A stretch of 64,000 bases of DNA, taken from the NCBI RefSeq assembly GCF_009914755.1, contig NC_060926.1; one strand, written 5' to 3'. Of this stretch, positions 29,226-46,696 are shown in pieces. Both the position numbers and the translations under genes were made by a program. Source of the DNA: the human T2T-CHM13v2.0 reference genome, Homo sapiens. Each line of letters opens with the position of its first letter. Position 1 is the first letter of the stretch. The notes under the pieces are model-generated. The model was not told the origin of the DNA. It did no database searches and was given only the letters and a program-made list of their open reading frames with translations.

Positions 29226-30267
29226 GGCACAATTCAAACTCAGTTGTACTCCCCAGTTGCTTTTACCATTATGCTGTGCCTCTTATATAAACCCGTTAGC
29301 TCAGTGCTTGGCACGTCATACGATTTAGTATACAATTAAGTTCCACAAGAATGTTTGAAATGGAAGGTACGTAAGATTGCTGCAGCTATGTTGTCATGTT
29401 AGGGCTGAAGCTGGAATGGGGGTTGTCAAAGAGGGAAAGACAACACTGTAAAAAAAAAAAAGGTGTGGGTAACACTGTGTAGCCTAAGGGAACTTGTCTA
29501 TTATAAACGTCCAAAATAAGCACTTTGTACTGTAGTCACTGTACCCCAAGGTTACAGGGAAGGAAAGGGCCAGCGCTCTGCCCTAGCTCTTTAAGAGAAA
29601 CCCATAGTTCAGGAAGTGTTTGTGCTGGACAAAATCTCTTGAGCTTTCTCCAAGTCGGTTTCTGTCAAAACTGAGAACTGCTCCATAACTGAGTTGACCT
29701 CTGGAATACTTGATTCTCTCAACTCAACTTTGTTACTTATGGCTGTTGTTAAAAGCCAGGAGGTAACTTTTTCCTTAGTTGGATACCGTCTTCGTTCCAC
29801 AGAGTTTTTTAAATGGAATGTATGGAAAGGTTGCTAACAGCTATGTTGTCATGTTAGGACATAGCCAAGATGATACAATTTCTGGGAAGTTTATTACAGT
29901 GGCTACTGTAAAATTTGGTAGCACAAAGGTCTCTAATAAAATTTGGGAGGCACATAATTTAGTCGTCTACTAATCATAGATGGTGTTAAGTAACTCTTTT
30001 CTATCTTAGTTGGAGTAAGAAATAAAGTAACTTAAACTGCATTATGAATTAGAGTTATAATTCTATCTTGAAAGACAACTGAATATTAAAGTGAATGCTT
30101 AAGGAGGGAATGAACTTGTTTAAAAGGTAAGCAGGGAAATCATGACCTTTTAAACCATTCTTTGGAAATGTAAATTTTAAATATAAAATTGTTTTCCTTA
30201 ATCTTATCTGATCATTAATTGACTTTTGAGACACAGTCCTTATGGTCTGTTTTATATATTGTGATCC

Positions 30268-30631
30268 TGTCTTAGTGCATTCCTGCTGCTATAACAAAAT
30301 ACCACAGACTGGGTAATTTTTAAATAACAGAAACTTACATTTCACAGTTTTCGAGGCTGGGAAGTCCTAAATGAAGGCACCAGCAGGTTCAGTGTCTGGT
30401 GAGGGCTGCCATCTTCTCCAGGATGGCACCTTGAAGGCTGTGGCTTCACATGACAGGAGGTGACAAAAGGACGTGGAAGTTCCCACCAGCCCTTCACAAA
30501 GCACTATTCTCATCTGTGACACAGAGCCCTCCATGCCTATCACCTCCTAAAGGCCTCACTTAATACTGTTGCATTGGGGATTAAGTTTCAACATGAATTT
30601 TGGAGGGAACACAAACATTCACACCATAGCA
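30268..30631. mobile_element. MaLR solo LTR (MST/MLT1A-type)
   Basis: TGTCTTAGT...GCTGCTATAACAAAATACCACAGACTGGGT...AACATTCACACCATAGCA. Confidence 0.85.
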
Positions 30632-31203
30632 GCTCCTTTTTGAGTTTTGTGTTTTGCTGTCAGTTTCATTTTCTGTGTTGCTAGCTCTGTTTCATGTCTC
30701 TGTGAAGTAAAATGAAGCAGGCTCCGTCACTTACTGTGTTGTCTGGGCAGGTTAGGCCACTTCTCTGCTTTGCTTTCCTCATCAGCAAAGTGGGGATTAC
30801 AGTCTTCCCTACTTTCCTTTCTGCAAGTATTAAATGTGGTTCCTGGCATATCACGCAGAGCAGTGCAAGACTCAGTAAGGCTTTAATTCATGTAAGCTGC
30901 TTTGATGAGGGTGATGCATTGATGCAATCCCCAGAAGAAGAATTAAGGAATCCAGCTGTGAGTGTCTTCTATGTCAGCAGTTCTCATCTACTCTTCAGAT
31001 CACTTTTAAGATATATATTATTTATACCCTCATTTATATAGATGAGGAAACTGATTCTCAGAGGGTAAATTGCCCAGGGCCACACAGTAGGTGGCAGAGC
31101 TGTTAGAGTTTCAAATTTGAGTCTGTAAAACCCAAACCCTACTCTTTCCAGTGTATCATGCTGCTGTTGTCGTAAAATGCCAACATAAAATTTACCATCT
31201 TAA

Positions 31204-31537
<334 letters not shown>

Positions 31538-31685
31538 TAAGTATGTTTATATTGTTGTGAAATAGCTCTCCAGAACTTTTTCATCTTGCAGAACTGAAAC
31601 TCTATATCCATTGAATAGCAACTCCTGCTTTATCCCCAGCTCCTGGCAACCACTGTTCTACTTTCAATGTCTATAAATTTGAATA

Positions 31686-32854
31686 CAGCAGATTCTCAAA
31701 TAATGTTGTTTTATTCAACATGATTTTGTTATAATGTTGATGAGAACAAAAAATTGATTCCCAGTTGGGACCAGTGTCTGTGTGGGGTTTACGTGTTTCT
31801 CCCATGTCTGCTTGGGTTTTCTCCTGGTACTACAGTTTCCTCCCGCATCCCAAAGATGTACATGTTAGGTTAATTGATGTTAAAATCGTCGCAGTGTGAG
31901 TGGGTGTGGCTGTATGCCCTGTGACGGGATGGAGTCTCGTCCAGGGTTGGTTCCCATCTTGCTCCCTGAGCTGCTGGGATAGGCTCCAGCCACCTGCAAC
32001 CCTGAACTAGAATAAGCAGGGTGGAAAATGAATGAATAAATGGACACACATTATTGTAAAATAAAAATTTGTAAAGTATATGATCATCATACAATAAATG
32101 ATGATCAATAAAACACGACAGTAAACGATGTGGTACAAAAGCACTCAATGAAGATGCCCTGTTTTCCTTTTCTTTGCTTGTTTTTTGTTTTTTGAGATGG
32201 AGTCTCGCTCTGTCATCCAGGCTGGAGTGCAATGTCGTGATCTTGGCTTACTACAACCTCTGCTTCCTGGGTTCAAGCGATTCTCCTGCTTCAGCCTCCC
32301 AAGTAGCTGGAATTACAGGCATGCGTCACCATGCCTGGCTAATTTTTGTATTTTTAGTAGAGGCGGGGTTTCTCCATGCCGTTCAGGCTGGTTTTGAACT
32401 CCTGACCTCAAATGATCCTCCCACCTTGGCCTCCCAAAATGCTAGGATTACAGGCGTGAGCCACCTCACCCAGCCTGCCCTATGTTCTTGTTTGTTTCCA
32501 AATAACGTGGTGGCAGGAGGTGCTACTTGCAATTTTCACTTTGCAAACATTGATTCATTGATTTAACCACCATTTTGACCTCTGTCACTCACTGATTCAC
32601 CAAAAATTGGGTAAATGGTTATTTTTATTCATCTGTCTTAAATGTCTGTATAACTCGTATTTATTTCAGTGCTTAATATTAGAAGTGTTTTGGGTATTTC
32701 GAAGTTTGGTGATATTTTTGTGACCAGAAATATGCCATAGGAACTTAACTCTTGTTTGTATCAATTAGCCTGCAGAAAAATTGGTTTCATTATATGTCCC
32801 TTCACTTAAAGTCATAGTTTCTGAGAACCAATTGTTAATATTGAAGATTTCCTA
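31686..32854 (+). mobile_element. MER6 (Tigger-type non-autonomous DNA transposon), full length, with an Alu insertion
   Basis: Starts CAGCAGATTCTCAAATAA after TA; carries the characteristic TCTCCCATGTCTGCTTGGGTTTTCTCC...TTTCCTCCC core. Confidence 0.8.
32165..32476 (-). mobile_element. Alu (S-like) inside MER6
   Basis: Reverse dimer flanked by TGCCCT. Confidence 0.92.
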
Positions 32855-33394
32855 TACTTTAGATACCTCCTATAGGTGGAATCATGCAATATTTGTTCTT
32901 TTGTGACTGGCTTTCTATTTCACTTCACATAATGTCCTCAAGCTTCATCCATGTTGTAGCTTATAACAAGATTTCCTTCGGGTTCATAGTATTCTACTGT
33001 TATGTATACCACATTTTATTTATCTATTAATCTGTTAGTGGGCACTTGAGTTCTTCCACATTTTGGCTATTGTGAATAGTGCTACTATGAACATGGGTTA
33101 CAAATACCTCTTCAATACCCTGCTTTAGATTGTTCTGGATATTTACTCAGAAGTAGGATTGCTGGATCAAATGGTAGTTCTATTTTTAGTTTTTGAAGAA
33201 CCACCTTACTGTTTTCCATAATACCCACACCATTTTACACCAACAACACACAAAGGTTCCAATTTCTCCACATCCCCACCTACATTTGTTATTCTTTGTT
33301 GTTTTGTTTTGTTTTAATAGTAGCCATTGTAATGGGTGTGAGGTGATGTTTCATTGTGATTTTGATTTGCATTTCTGATGATCAGTGATGTTGA

Positions 33395-33794
<400 letters not shown>

Positions 33795-34197
33795 GTGTTG
33801 TTGTTCTTCAGGTACAGCAGTTCTTCATATATTCTGGATATTAAAGCCTCATCCATTCATGATTTGCAAATATTTTCTCCTGTTTCATATTTTGCCTTTT
33901 CACTCTGATTGGGTCCTTTGATGCACAACAGTTTTAAAGTTTGATATAGTTCCATTTGTCTGTTTTTGCTTTTGTTGCCTGTGCTTTTAGTTTTGGATTG
34001 GGAAACCGTTGCCTAGTCCAATGTCATGCCTTTCTCCTTGTATTTTCTTCTAGGAGTTTTATACTTTGGGGACTTATGTTTAGGTTTTTAGTCCATTTTG
34101 AGTTAATTTTTGTATATAATTCATTCTTTTGAATGTGGATGTCCGGTTTTCCTAGCATCATTTGTTGAAGAAACTGTTCTTTCCCATCTTGCTGAGG

Positions 34198-34549
<352 letters not shown>

Positions 34550-34763
34550 TGAAGAGAAGGGATATTTATTTTGGGAGAAAAATAATGCAAAAGTATTTTT
34601 TAGCTTGTTTGCCACTACATAAATGGAGAAAAGTATACAAAAATCTTTGATAGGATAATATATTTACAGGAATTATGGAGAACTTATTTGACAGATATAG
34701 AGGAGTTTATTATTAATATTTGTTTGTATGGGGAAAGGAAATCAAGACATTATAGTAATACTA

Positions 34764-35061
<298 letters not shown>

Positions 35062-36963
35062 CTATATTCTCTTTGGCTATGAAGAGACCAGCTTTCCAGA
35101 AACCCAGGGTTTTCTGGAATCCAGAAGTTGCTGGCAGGTTGGTCGTGGGGGAGGAAACCTTTTTAATGCCAAACTAATGAGTCTGAACTCCCACAAGCAA
35201 ACAAACAGAAGATAAAAAAAGCTGAACTCTAAGGGGTTGTCTCCTGTATACTGTGATGGCCTGATTCACAGAGGGAGTGGCCGCATCTCAGAGGGAACGT
35301 GGCCATCCTGGGAGGCGGTGGAGAAGAGCGGGAGGAGTTAGCAAGGGAGAGCCCTGGAGGTCCGCAGTGCTGAGAGTGGTTGTGAGCAGCGACCTTGAGG
35401 AAGACCAGACTGAAGGTACTGGCTCTGCAGTCCTGCCCTGGAGGGGAAAGGGAGGCCAAGACCGCTCCTCCATCCCCTAAGTGTTAGCCGTCAGCTAGCT
35501 AATCCCAGCCTCTGGGAGCTCTTAATAGCTAACTGAAGAAAAATAACATAGCTTTTGGTCTAATGTGGTAACATTTCTCAAAGTTGCTAAAAACATTTCA
35601 AATGTCTGAATCTTCTTTTAAAATCTCTGGGCATTAATCAGTTACAGAAATCTTATTTGTATCTTTATTTCCTTTCCTTTCTGCATCAGATATTATTACG
35701 TATACTGTTTATTGGGAGGGATGTAAATATTATGCACCCTTCCCTCAAGAAGCTTAGAGTGCAGTAGAGAAGACAGAGTGTTTATAAATAATGGTAAATA
35801 TTTATGATACCAGTGGCAATAGTAGTAATCATAAGATATAAGGTTGTCTTTCTAGATAACCATTTGAGGTTATCTGGAGGGAGAAGGAAGATCTTTTTAA
35901 GGGTGGAGAAATTGAGAGCTAAAGATTATGTAAACTTTACAGGTGTGAGTCTTCCACACATTGCATCTGACATGTAAATAGCAAGAGGCTCCATGAAAAT
36001 GACTCTGTTAGTCATGTTAGTGTGAACAGTGATCGTGGATGTTTTGAGCCACAGTCCACTACTGTTCCCAGTGTGCTGGACATTCTCCTTGAGCTATTTA
36101 TAAACAGGAAATATACCTCTTTGAAAATAAACATTGGCGTACATAATTGCACGGAATCCTGTTACTCATCTAAGGTGGGACAATAAATAGCCTTAAAAAA
36201 TGTTGTAATACCTTACATTGGAATAGCATTTTATTGTGAACAAGGCAGTCTGTTTTATGAATAGTACAAAAGCTTACTAATGCTGTGATAGAAGTAGGAA
36301 TGAGTGTTTTAGACGGTGAATCTTAAACGTTTAATCTTTTCTTTCGTTGAAGACTATCACTTTTCAGTTTCTGACAATTTAGCACATAATTCTGTATGAT
36401 AAGAAAATACAGATGGGGACATGGGCTTAATGCTATTGAGGAAAACTGTTCAATGTAGGGACAGGCACCTGAGAAACTGTCTTCAAATGTGTCTCATTGA
36501 GCCCCAGCTGCTCTTCCAGAGCTCAACTGGACCTGACAACAGCTGTCTCTAAGCCAGGAACCATGGGCCCTTATATTTTAAAAAGGATGGGTAAGGGGAT
36601 GTTCTGTTGGAAAATATGCATTTAGTGTAGCAATGCCAAAACTGTAATAATATACATGAATGCATGTTGAGCTTATGTCTAAATACTGGTTGTGTCATGA
36701 GTGGCCTATTATAAAGCCACTAGAAAAGTTATTTTGAAAGAGGATTTGAGGGACTGGGCTTTTTTTTTTATCATGGAATTTATATCCTAATCCTGACTTT
36801 GTGTACATTTCTGTTGTGTCTTACTGTTCTCTCCCTTACTTAAACTTCCCTTCACTGAAATACAACTTACATACAATAAGCTACTTGTATTCAATTTTAC
36901 AATATAAGTTCTGACCCATGAGGTTGTTACCACAGTCAAGAAAATGAGCATAACCCTTTGTAA

Positions 36964-37300
<337 letters not shown>

Positions 37301-38179
37301 GACTCTTTTGCTCTTGATGTGTATAGGAGGAATAAGCTACAGAAAGGTGTAGGGGACGGTAGGCAACGATTACACTTTGAAGTCGGGTGGTCTTGGAAGT
37401 GTAGGAAAACATTTTGAGAAACACTGTCTTAGAGAATTCTCTAACATTCTGGAACTGGCCGCTGAACCTGCCTCCCCACCCTTCTGTCATCCAGGTCTCT
37501 CTTGTCCTAGAACCCACATAAATTGCAGTAGTAAACTTGTATTGTGTGTTAGCTTTGTTGCTGTTCCGCAGCTTCCTGGGCCACATCAGACTGAGTGTAT
37601 GCTTGTCGGTGCTTCCCAAACTGGTGAAGAATAAGGATTTTAAAAAATACTTTCTAGTCTATTGTTAAGTGACACTTCTGTAAAAGACAATTAAAATGGG
37701 ATGCTAGAAAAATAAAAAAGGTCATATGAATGCAAGTCCCAGTTGTTTCTCTTTATATTCAGCAGATGTAAAATTTCTATGTCACATTGGTAAGTTTCTA
37801 AATACTTACTCTCAATTTCTGCACTTATTTTATTGCAGAGTGATTACAACATTTTGTGATTCATGGGCCACACTGAGCAATACTGATCAGCAGTCCTGCT
37901 TCTCCCGTTTTCTTTTCTTTTCTTTTTTTTTTTTTCCTACTGGGTACAGTGATCTTTTGGCCATGCTTTTAGAGTTTCCCACTTGGAATGTTCTGCAGCT
38001 TTTAGCCAGTTATTTTGGCGTAAGAAATGAAAGGAAACTAACAGTTGCTCTTGAATACTTAACGATACACCAGCTGATGGGAAAAGCATTTTTATTTTTT
38101 ATTTCTAGGTGATCCTCAAAACAACCCTGCAAAGTAAGTGGTATTAGCCCCACTGCAGGGATGAATTACCTCACTTGTA

Positions 38180-38530
38180 ATCATGTATTATTTAACAAAT
38201 ATTGCTGCGTGCCTGGTAGAGACCAGGTGTATGCTTGGCTCTAGGGATACAGCAGAAAGCAGAGCAGACAGAACTCTCTGTCTTCATGGTGCTCATGTCC
38301 TTGTTGGGGATGGTAGAGACACATCATAAACAAATAAAGCGTATAGTGTATCAGATGGTGATGAACAGTATGGAGGAATGAGCTAGAGAAGGGTGTAGGG
38401 GACAGTAGGCAACGATTACACATTGAAGTCAGTTGATCTTGGAAGTCTTCTCTGAGGTGACCTTGGGCCAAGATCAGGCTGAGGAAGAGAAGACTTGGAG
38501 CAGCAGAGGTGAGGTCCTGCAGTTTTGAGG
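38180..38530. mobile_element. L2 3' fragment
   Basis: TTTAACAAATATT...CTAGGGATACAGCAG...AGCAGACAGA...CTCTGAGGTGAC. Confidence 0.6.
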
Positions 38531-40883
38531 AACTCACTGAGGTTAGGGACTCTTCTCATGCCATTCAGCTAGGGAATGGCTGATAATAAATGTATGCTTT
38601 ATAGTCTTTACTCACTCTCCATGTTCTTGGTTTAAAAGATGCCTGAATCCCCCCTCCCCCCCCACCAAAAAAAAGTGGAAATCAGTCTGGGAATGGGAAG
38701 GTGGAATTTATGTGTGGATTTTGCTTTTGATGATTAGGTCTGGATATTTTTCAAGGCTTTAAGTATCTTTTTCCTAAGGGTATGAAGTACATGAGTTTTG
38801 TAATGGAGTTTCCATTTTTAAGTGGATGAAATTTCTCTAGGGGACATGAAAAGCTAGACAAGATCAGGGAAGGGGCTTTCAAAAAAGAAGAGATTAAAGC
38901 TTTGGGAAAAAGGCATTGCTTTTGTTTAAGCACTTTGAAGTTAAGGATGTGTAGGTTATTCCCTGCTTATGAATGACCTGGTGCTTAGAGACAGCTCTCC
39001 TTGTATTTGACAGCAGCATTTGCTGGGGCTTTTTTCTCATCTGGCTGCTCTCCACTGCCCAAGACTTACCTTCTGCAAACTCCGAGAGCTCTGACCCAAA
39101 CCTTTCACTCGAGGTCATGGCTCCCAAACCTCCCACTGCTTCTGTGCTCTCTCACCTCCTCCACCAGCCTTCAATTGGGTTAGAGAGGAGGAGGAGTAGG
39201 GATGATGACTGTTTATAACTAGTAAGTATTCTAGTCTCATTTGAGCTTGTGCACTACATAAAATTGGTAGGCAGGTATTACTATACCTGTTTTACAGATG
39301 AGAAATGTGAAGCTCACAGATGTTAAATAATTTGTCCAAGGTCATCATTCCCGGTAAACCAGAGTAAAGACCTGAAGCAAACTCTTTGGTTTTCCTGTCC
39401 CTGATTGCTGCTACCCCATCTCCTTTTTCAGCTACGTTTTTTTGGTGAAGGAAGCTTTTGGAGATTGGTCATGGTTTTATTTTTATGGAATTTACTATAT
39501 GGTTTTATGGAAAATGTGTTCCAGGGTTGGAAACTTAATATAGATCCTACTTCAGATTTTTGGTCATTGGGTTGGGGACTAACTAAATATCATTTTGATT
39601 TTTACCGTGCCTTGCTATTTTTTAGGTTGAAATTTAATAATTCATATAAGTGTCCTTTGAAATTTGGCAGGATACTCTTCTTTTGAAGTATTACCTGCTG
39701 TTTCTCATTGTAGGTTATATTTCTTAGTAACACGCCTCAACACTCTTGGGGTTCTCAATCTTACAAATAACTTCTCTCACCCTTTTTTTTTCCTAGCTAG
39801 TTTGTTTAATCATTTGTAACTTCCCCTCCAAGGTTGGGGAGGATGGAGGTGGGGTTTTTCAGCTTGGGGTTATATGGTTTTTGATCCTCTTACAAACATA
39901 GTTAATATGCTCGTTAGAATGTGAGCTAATCATTCTTCAAAAAAATGCAAAAGAGTTAGCCAACGTGGTGTTGATGGCTGTGAAACCTGAGTCCTCTCAG
40001 TTAGCTGAAATAGTAGAGATTTGCTGCCCTTACGGCTCACAGAGCTGCAGCCTAGCAGGTGCTGTTACTTCTTTGTTTAAAGCGTGTTAGCCATCCAGAT
40101 GTTTCTAGCTCTTTCTCTTTCATCAGAGAACATTCTTCTTGAAATTTAATGTGGAGGCCCTTTTGCTCTGGTGCATTTTCTTACTCCAAATTCCTGCATT
40201 TGTCACCACTTAGTCACAGTCAGGCTATTGGGCTAAGTGGTCTGGGTGAACACTGATGTTAGAGTTGCAGGGTTTGCTGCAGCCCACCTCTTGTTCTCCA
40301 GCTTCCTTTTAGGCATCGTTTATTTTTATTCTTTAAAGTATTTTATGTTTTGATTTGTTATAACTATTGCAGAAATCAATCCTGAGTCATCAGGGTTGTT
40401 TAGTCTTTCTCCTTTTGTGCGTTTGTGTGTGTGTGGTAATATTCATTTTGGCTGTTTGGATGGCATGTGATACAGCATTTTTTATTTTGTAGCCAAAACC
40501 AAACCAAGAGGTTGCCAACAGGACAGAAAAAAGCAGCAAGATAATATTAATAGGCACGTGTGCTTGCACCTGATCAGGAAGCAGGCACCTGGGGCCAGGA
40601 TTTGAAGTCTTTCTATACCTGGGAGTGGGGAAAGGCCTGGTCTTCATGTCAGTGTTAGTCTGGAAGTAGTGACAGAGACTTAGCAGTTACTGGGTTTTCC
40701 TACTCATTTTAGTACTGTTCTTGATAAGGTTTTAGTATTTATGTATGTGAAAATAACTTTTGAAGTCTTTAAGATCATCACCTTGACTGAACGAGAGCTA
40801 ATAGGTTTTATTCATTCCTGCAAAAGGAATAGAATAGAACTTGTCATACTGGGTCAGTACCAGTTATGGGTCAACTAAGCAAG

Positions 40884-41316
<433 letters not shown>

Positions 41317-42486
41317 ACAAGTTAAAGTGCCCTTTAGAGTGAGCCTTATGCCTCACATTACAGTGGCTAAGAAGCTAAGGGACAAAGTTCCCAGTCTCAG
41401 AGGTTATAATCTAGTAGGGAAGAGTAAATAAGTCTCAGATTTATCTTGATACATGGCAACATTTGGTAAATATCCTAAAAAGAGGTACAGAGCAATCAGG
41501 ATTCAAGGACAGGGAGAACTCCCTGAGGTAGGAGGGAACGTGCCAACAGGAGTTTCTGGCCATCCCAAACAGGGATGCTCATGGCTGCCACAGCTTCACA
41601 TTTCCTTATACCATTGTTTGATTTTCACTAGTATGTCCAAATTCCTTGAAAATGGGTTTTAAACTTCCGGAAAACAGTACGATCTCTCAGAACTGTGAGT
41701 GCACTCAACATGTTTTATGATTGACCTTTTCTTGTGTCTCCCTTGAACTATAAGCTCATTTGAAACTAGTTAACTGAGTCTTATTGCTGTTGCCTGAGAA
41801 GCTAGCACAGTGCCTGACACACTGTTAAGTCAGTGCTCTTTCAAGTTACTCCCTGAGAATTCCCTTTCCCTCTCCCACTTCGTGAACCACAGCTAATACA
41901 GACTCACTTCCGTGATGAACCCGGTAAGGCCTAGGCCTTTCTTGCTGCTGCTGCATTTCGCAGCGCTTTGCAGATGCTGCCTCTGCTGTGTCACGACAGA
42001 ATATTGCAATATGTTTTGTGTGTACATCGCAGTCTAGGAAGTTACTCCGGGCTCTGCCTTAGTTATCCTTATGTGCCCCGTACCTATAGCAGTTAGTGAT
42101 ATGGTAGTCATTGGGTAAATATTCACTGAAATGAAAATGGAAGTTTTCAATGTGTATGTATTTGTTTTCTACTTACCCCTATTTTAATGGTACAGAGTGG
42201 GTAAGGGTAGGTTAACACTTGCATTTGTTCAAAAGTTAATTTTTACAATAACTAAATGTTTTTACATTCTTAAAATGTATTTTACATTCTTAACAAACAT
42301 GAATCTATATTGTAGTACTTTATTTTTTAAGAGAGAGAGAAAAAAGGTGCTTCAGATGTTCTTACAAAGCTGTTTAGCATTTCTGGGAACTTAATAAAGT
42401 ATTTTGGCTCAGCAGTTAAAAAATGAAAATCTATTTTTTCTGAGAAATAAAGTCTTGCCCATCTGTTCTCTCCTCTTACCGTGTGA

Positions 42487-42827
<341 letters not shown>

Positions 42828-43201
42828 GTATGTTTTGATACTATAGAGAGGTATACAATAAAATTGCCTGTTAGTCACCATTTCTAATTATGGTTCATTT
42901 TATCATTCAATTATTTTTAAGAGCTTATTAGCATGTGTATATGTAAAGATGTGTTTCATATATTTTTAATCTCTACATCCTTTCATATTTTGTTATACTC
43001 TCTTTAAATGCAAGCACTTATTTTGAAGTAGTTTTAAATGTTATAATATCTCCACCATATGAAATAAGGAATATCTGCACTTTCCTCCACCCCCTTCTCT
43101 GAGATTACTGCAGCCAGAAGGTTAATGCCTTAGCTGAACTCTTAAAAGCATTTCCGTTATCATAAGCTTAAGAAATGTTTGTCTTAGTTCATGGAATGTA
43201 A

Positions 43202-43512
<311 letters not shown>

Positions 43513-45735
43513 ATGAAATGTAAATAATTTTTAAATCTAGTTTACAAAGAAAAATGATGATGTAGGGATATCATATTTTTGTTCCTCAAGAATAAATTTA
43601 GTCTTAAATTTCAGGTTAGCATCCTGGATTCATTATCCTATATCACTTTTTGGTATGCATTCATGGGATTTTGTAGGCAGTTTCATGCCAAAGTGTTGTG
43701 TTTTCCAAAGTCCAATTTTTTTTGACTGGTTTAACTAACATTCATTTTGAGATGATTCCAAATTTTGTAACAAAAACAACTTATATTTGAATTTTCACCT
43801 TTATAATTTTAAAAAATCTATTCTGTAGCCCTGAGATTTGGACAAAATGGTAATTATGTTATTTTATGGATATTAAAGCTGAATATAAAGAATTTTTATC
43901 GAACCAAGATGTCACAGCTCTTATAGTAAGTGGCATGATTAAGACTATAATTTTACTTGTACTCAGTGTACCTTCTACCACTATATAATGTTTCCAAGCA
44001 TATGAACTTATTACTAGTCTGCATCTATGGTTTTCAGTGATGTTAAATGTGTTTTTAAAAATTTTATTAATATGTAATACACAAGAGTGCAAAAATCTTA
44101 AGTGCACAACTTAGGAATTTTCACAAAGCAAAAGCATGGTCAAATGATTTGGACTATGAATTAATATTAAAATACAATGAATTTAATATTGGATGCCTAG
44201 AGTCTCTTGATTCCAGAGAAATACATTTATTTTTAAACTTGTGTTACACTTCCCTGAATACTCATTTGAAGTGTTTCTGATTTCCTCATTTGCTCATTTG
44301 TTTGACAGTATTCACAGCGAGCCTGCCCTCTGCCAGGCATGACTGGCATGGGGCACAGCTGTGAACAGGAATCATCACTTGTAACTTGAGGTCAGACTAA
44401 AGGACACAGGCAAATTCCTGTGGAGCAAGAGGGCCTTCCGGAGAACTTCCCAGAGGAAGCGACCTCTTGACTGAGTCCGAGTGTGAATGGGAATCATCCC
44501 AAGAAGAGTTTAGGGAGGAAGGCAAGAGGCACCAGGCCAGGAGGGCTGTTGAGATGTGACAGGCAGATCCGCAGGGCTGCAGCCTGTGCAGTGAGGGCTG
44601 GAGCTGGGGGATGCCGGGTGGGAGCAAGGACAGCCAGGTCCGTTTTTACTGGCACTGTAGTTTCCTTGATTATCAACAACAGGAATAGACTCAGGCAAAC
44701 AGAAGCTTCAAAGAAATTTACTGGAAAAATACTGGGGTTGCTCCCAGAATTGAAGAATGGGCTGAACTTACAGGTCTCTGAGAAGGGCAAACAACTAGGG
44801 CTTTCCCGGTGTCTCTGCAGAACTTGTGGGATGTCTCTATAGAGCAGTGCTCTGAGTTGACTTCCTCTAACTGCAGGGTGTTAGTCTCTACTCAGATTTC
44901 TAGTCTTTGAGAAATAGTATCTGATGAACTTAGTTCAAGTCCATTGTCCAAATGGACCAGGACCAGTCATTGTGGCCAGAGGATAGGAAGAAGCACCATG
45001 CCTAGTCAATCAAGGTAGGTGACTGTTAGGTGGTCAGGACAACTAGATCTGTTACCTGAAACAGAGAGTGGACGACATGGGTACCCATGTGGATGACATG
45101 ACCACCCAGAAGGCAGTGTTACGGTAGCTCAGAGAAGAGGTGGTTTGGGAACAGTGATTAGGAAAGAGGGATGTTCAGAGGCCAGTTACAAGGCTGTTGC
45201 ATTAATCCACATAGGAGGTGATGGTGCCAGAAGTAGATGCAGCCTGTACAGATATAAAGTAGTAAATCGATTCAGAAACAGTTAAGAGGCAGAGAAGAAA
45301 GGACTTTGCAGCTGGACATTGGGAGGTGTGTGAGGATGATTAAGTTGTTGAAGATGACTCTCAGGTTTCTCGCTTGGACTAGAACCATTGTGTTCATAGT
45401 GGTCCCTTGTATGGAGGAGAGAGAGTTTCAGGAGGGGGATGGGGCTTTCATTCAGTTATGAAGTAATAAGTTGGAGTATCTAAGCAGACCACATTTAATT
45501 TAAGAACACTTGGGTATGAACAACACTTCCCCATTAAATTACTTGTGGGGTTCCAGCTCTGCCATCAGGGCCCTCTCACTCCAGCATCGTGGCCTCTGCC
45601 AAGGTTGTTACTCTCTTTTTGTGTCCCTGGGCTGCTGAAATCTTCTCACCGTATTGCCATGGAATTTGTAACGTGCTTCCTTCTGCTTCCCTACCTTAGG
45701 CAGGTTTGGGTCTGAGTGGGTTTTGGAATGAGTAT

Positions 45736-46162
45736 TGTTAAAGGAAGTTAAAATGAAGACCAGGCCTGTGAAATCTCTGAGCGCACAAAACCAGTTAGGC
45801 CTTATATGTTACCTCAGCCTTGCTTAAATTGCAGACATAAGCAGAACAAGTAGAGTCATTTTGATAAATGTTTATGTTAGAAGTAAAACTTAACCCCCGC
45901 CAGTCGTAAGTTGCCAACTAACATATGACTAAGTGACTAGGGGCTTTCCAACAAGGTACCTAAAAAAAGGCAATTCTGTAATTTCAAATCAATCAAATAA
46001 TTTCTTTATTTTGCTTCTGCGTTTCCCAGTAAATACTTGTCTCTGACTTTTTGTCATTGGGACACTAAAACTTTTTTCGTCTGGTGTTCCCCAATTCACG
46101 AATTGCTTCTTACTCAAATAAACTCTTTAAAATTGTATTGTTCCTCAGATTTTTCTTTTATA
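45736..46162 (+). mobile_element. ERV1-class solo LTR (MER57/MER93-type; subfamily uncertain)
   Basis: Starts TGTTAAAG...GACCAGGCCTG; CTCAAATAAACTCTTTAAAATT near the 3' end (AATAAA at 46117). Confidence 0.7.
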
Positions 46163-46258
46163 GTAACTTTCCCAAACTCAGAAAGGCCCCCAGAGCTTAG
46201 GGGCTTTTAGGACTAAGTGCTGCTATTTAGGGCTCTTTCTTAGATGTTATTATGTTTA

Positions 46259-46696
<438 letters not shown>

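Noticed and set aside
35229-35500. GC-richer purine-rich patch with short ORFs and a GAAG|GTACTG donor-like site
   Set aside because: The donor is weak, there is no clear acceptor and no recognisable protein similarity, so an exon cannot be supported.
44397-44842. Overlapping ORFs of up to 119 aa
   Set aside because: They lie in degenerate L2/MaLR-like sequence with non-ATG or weak starts and no family motifs.
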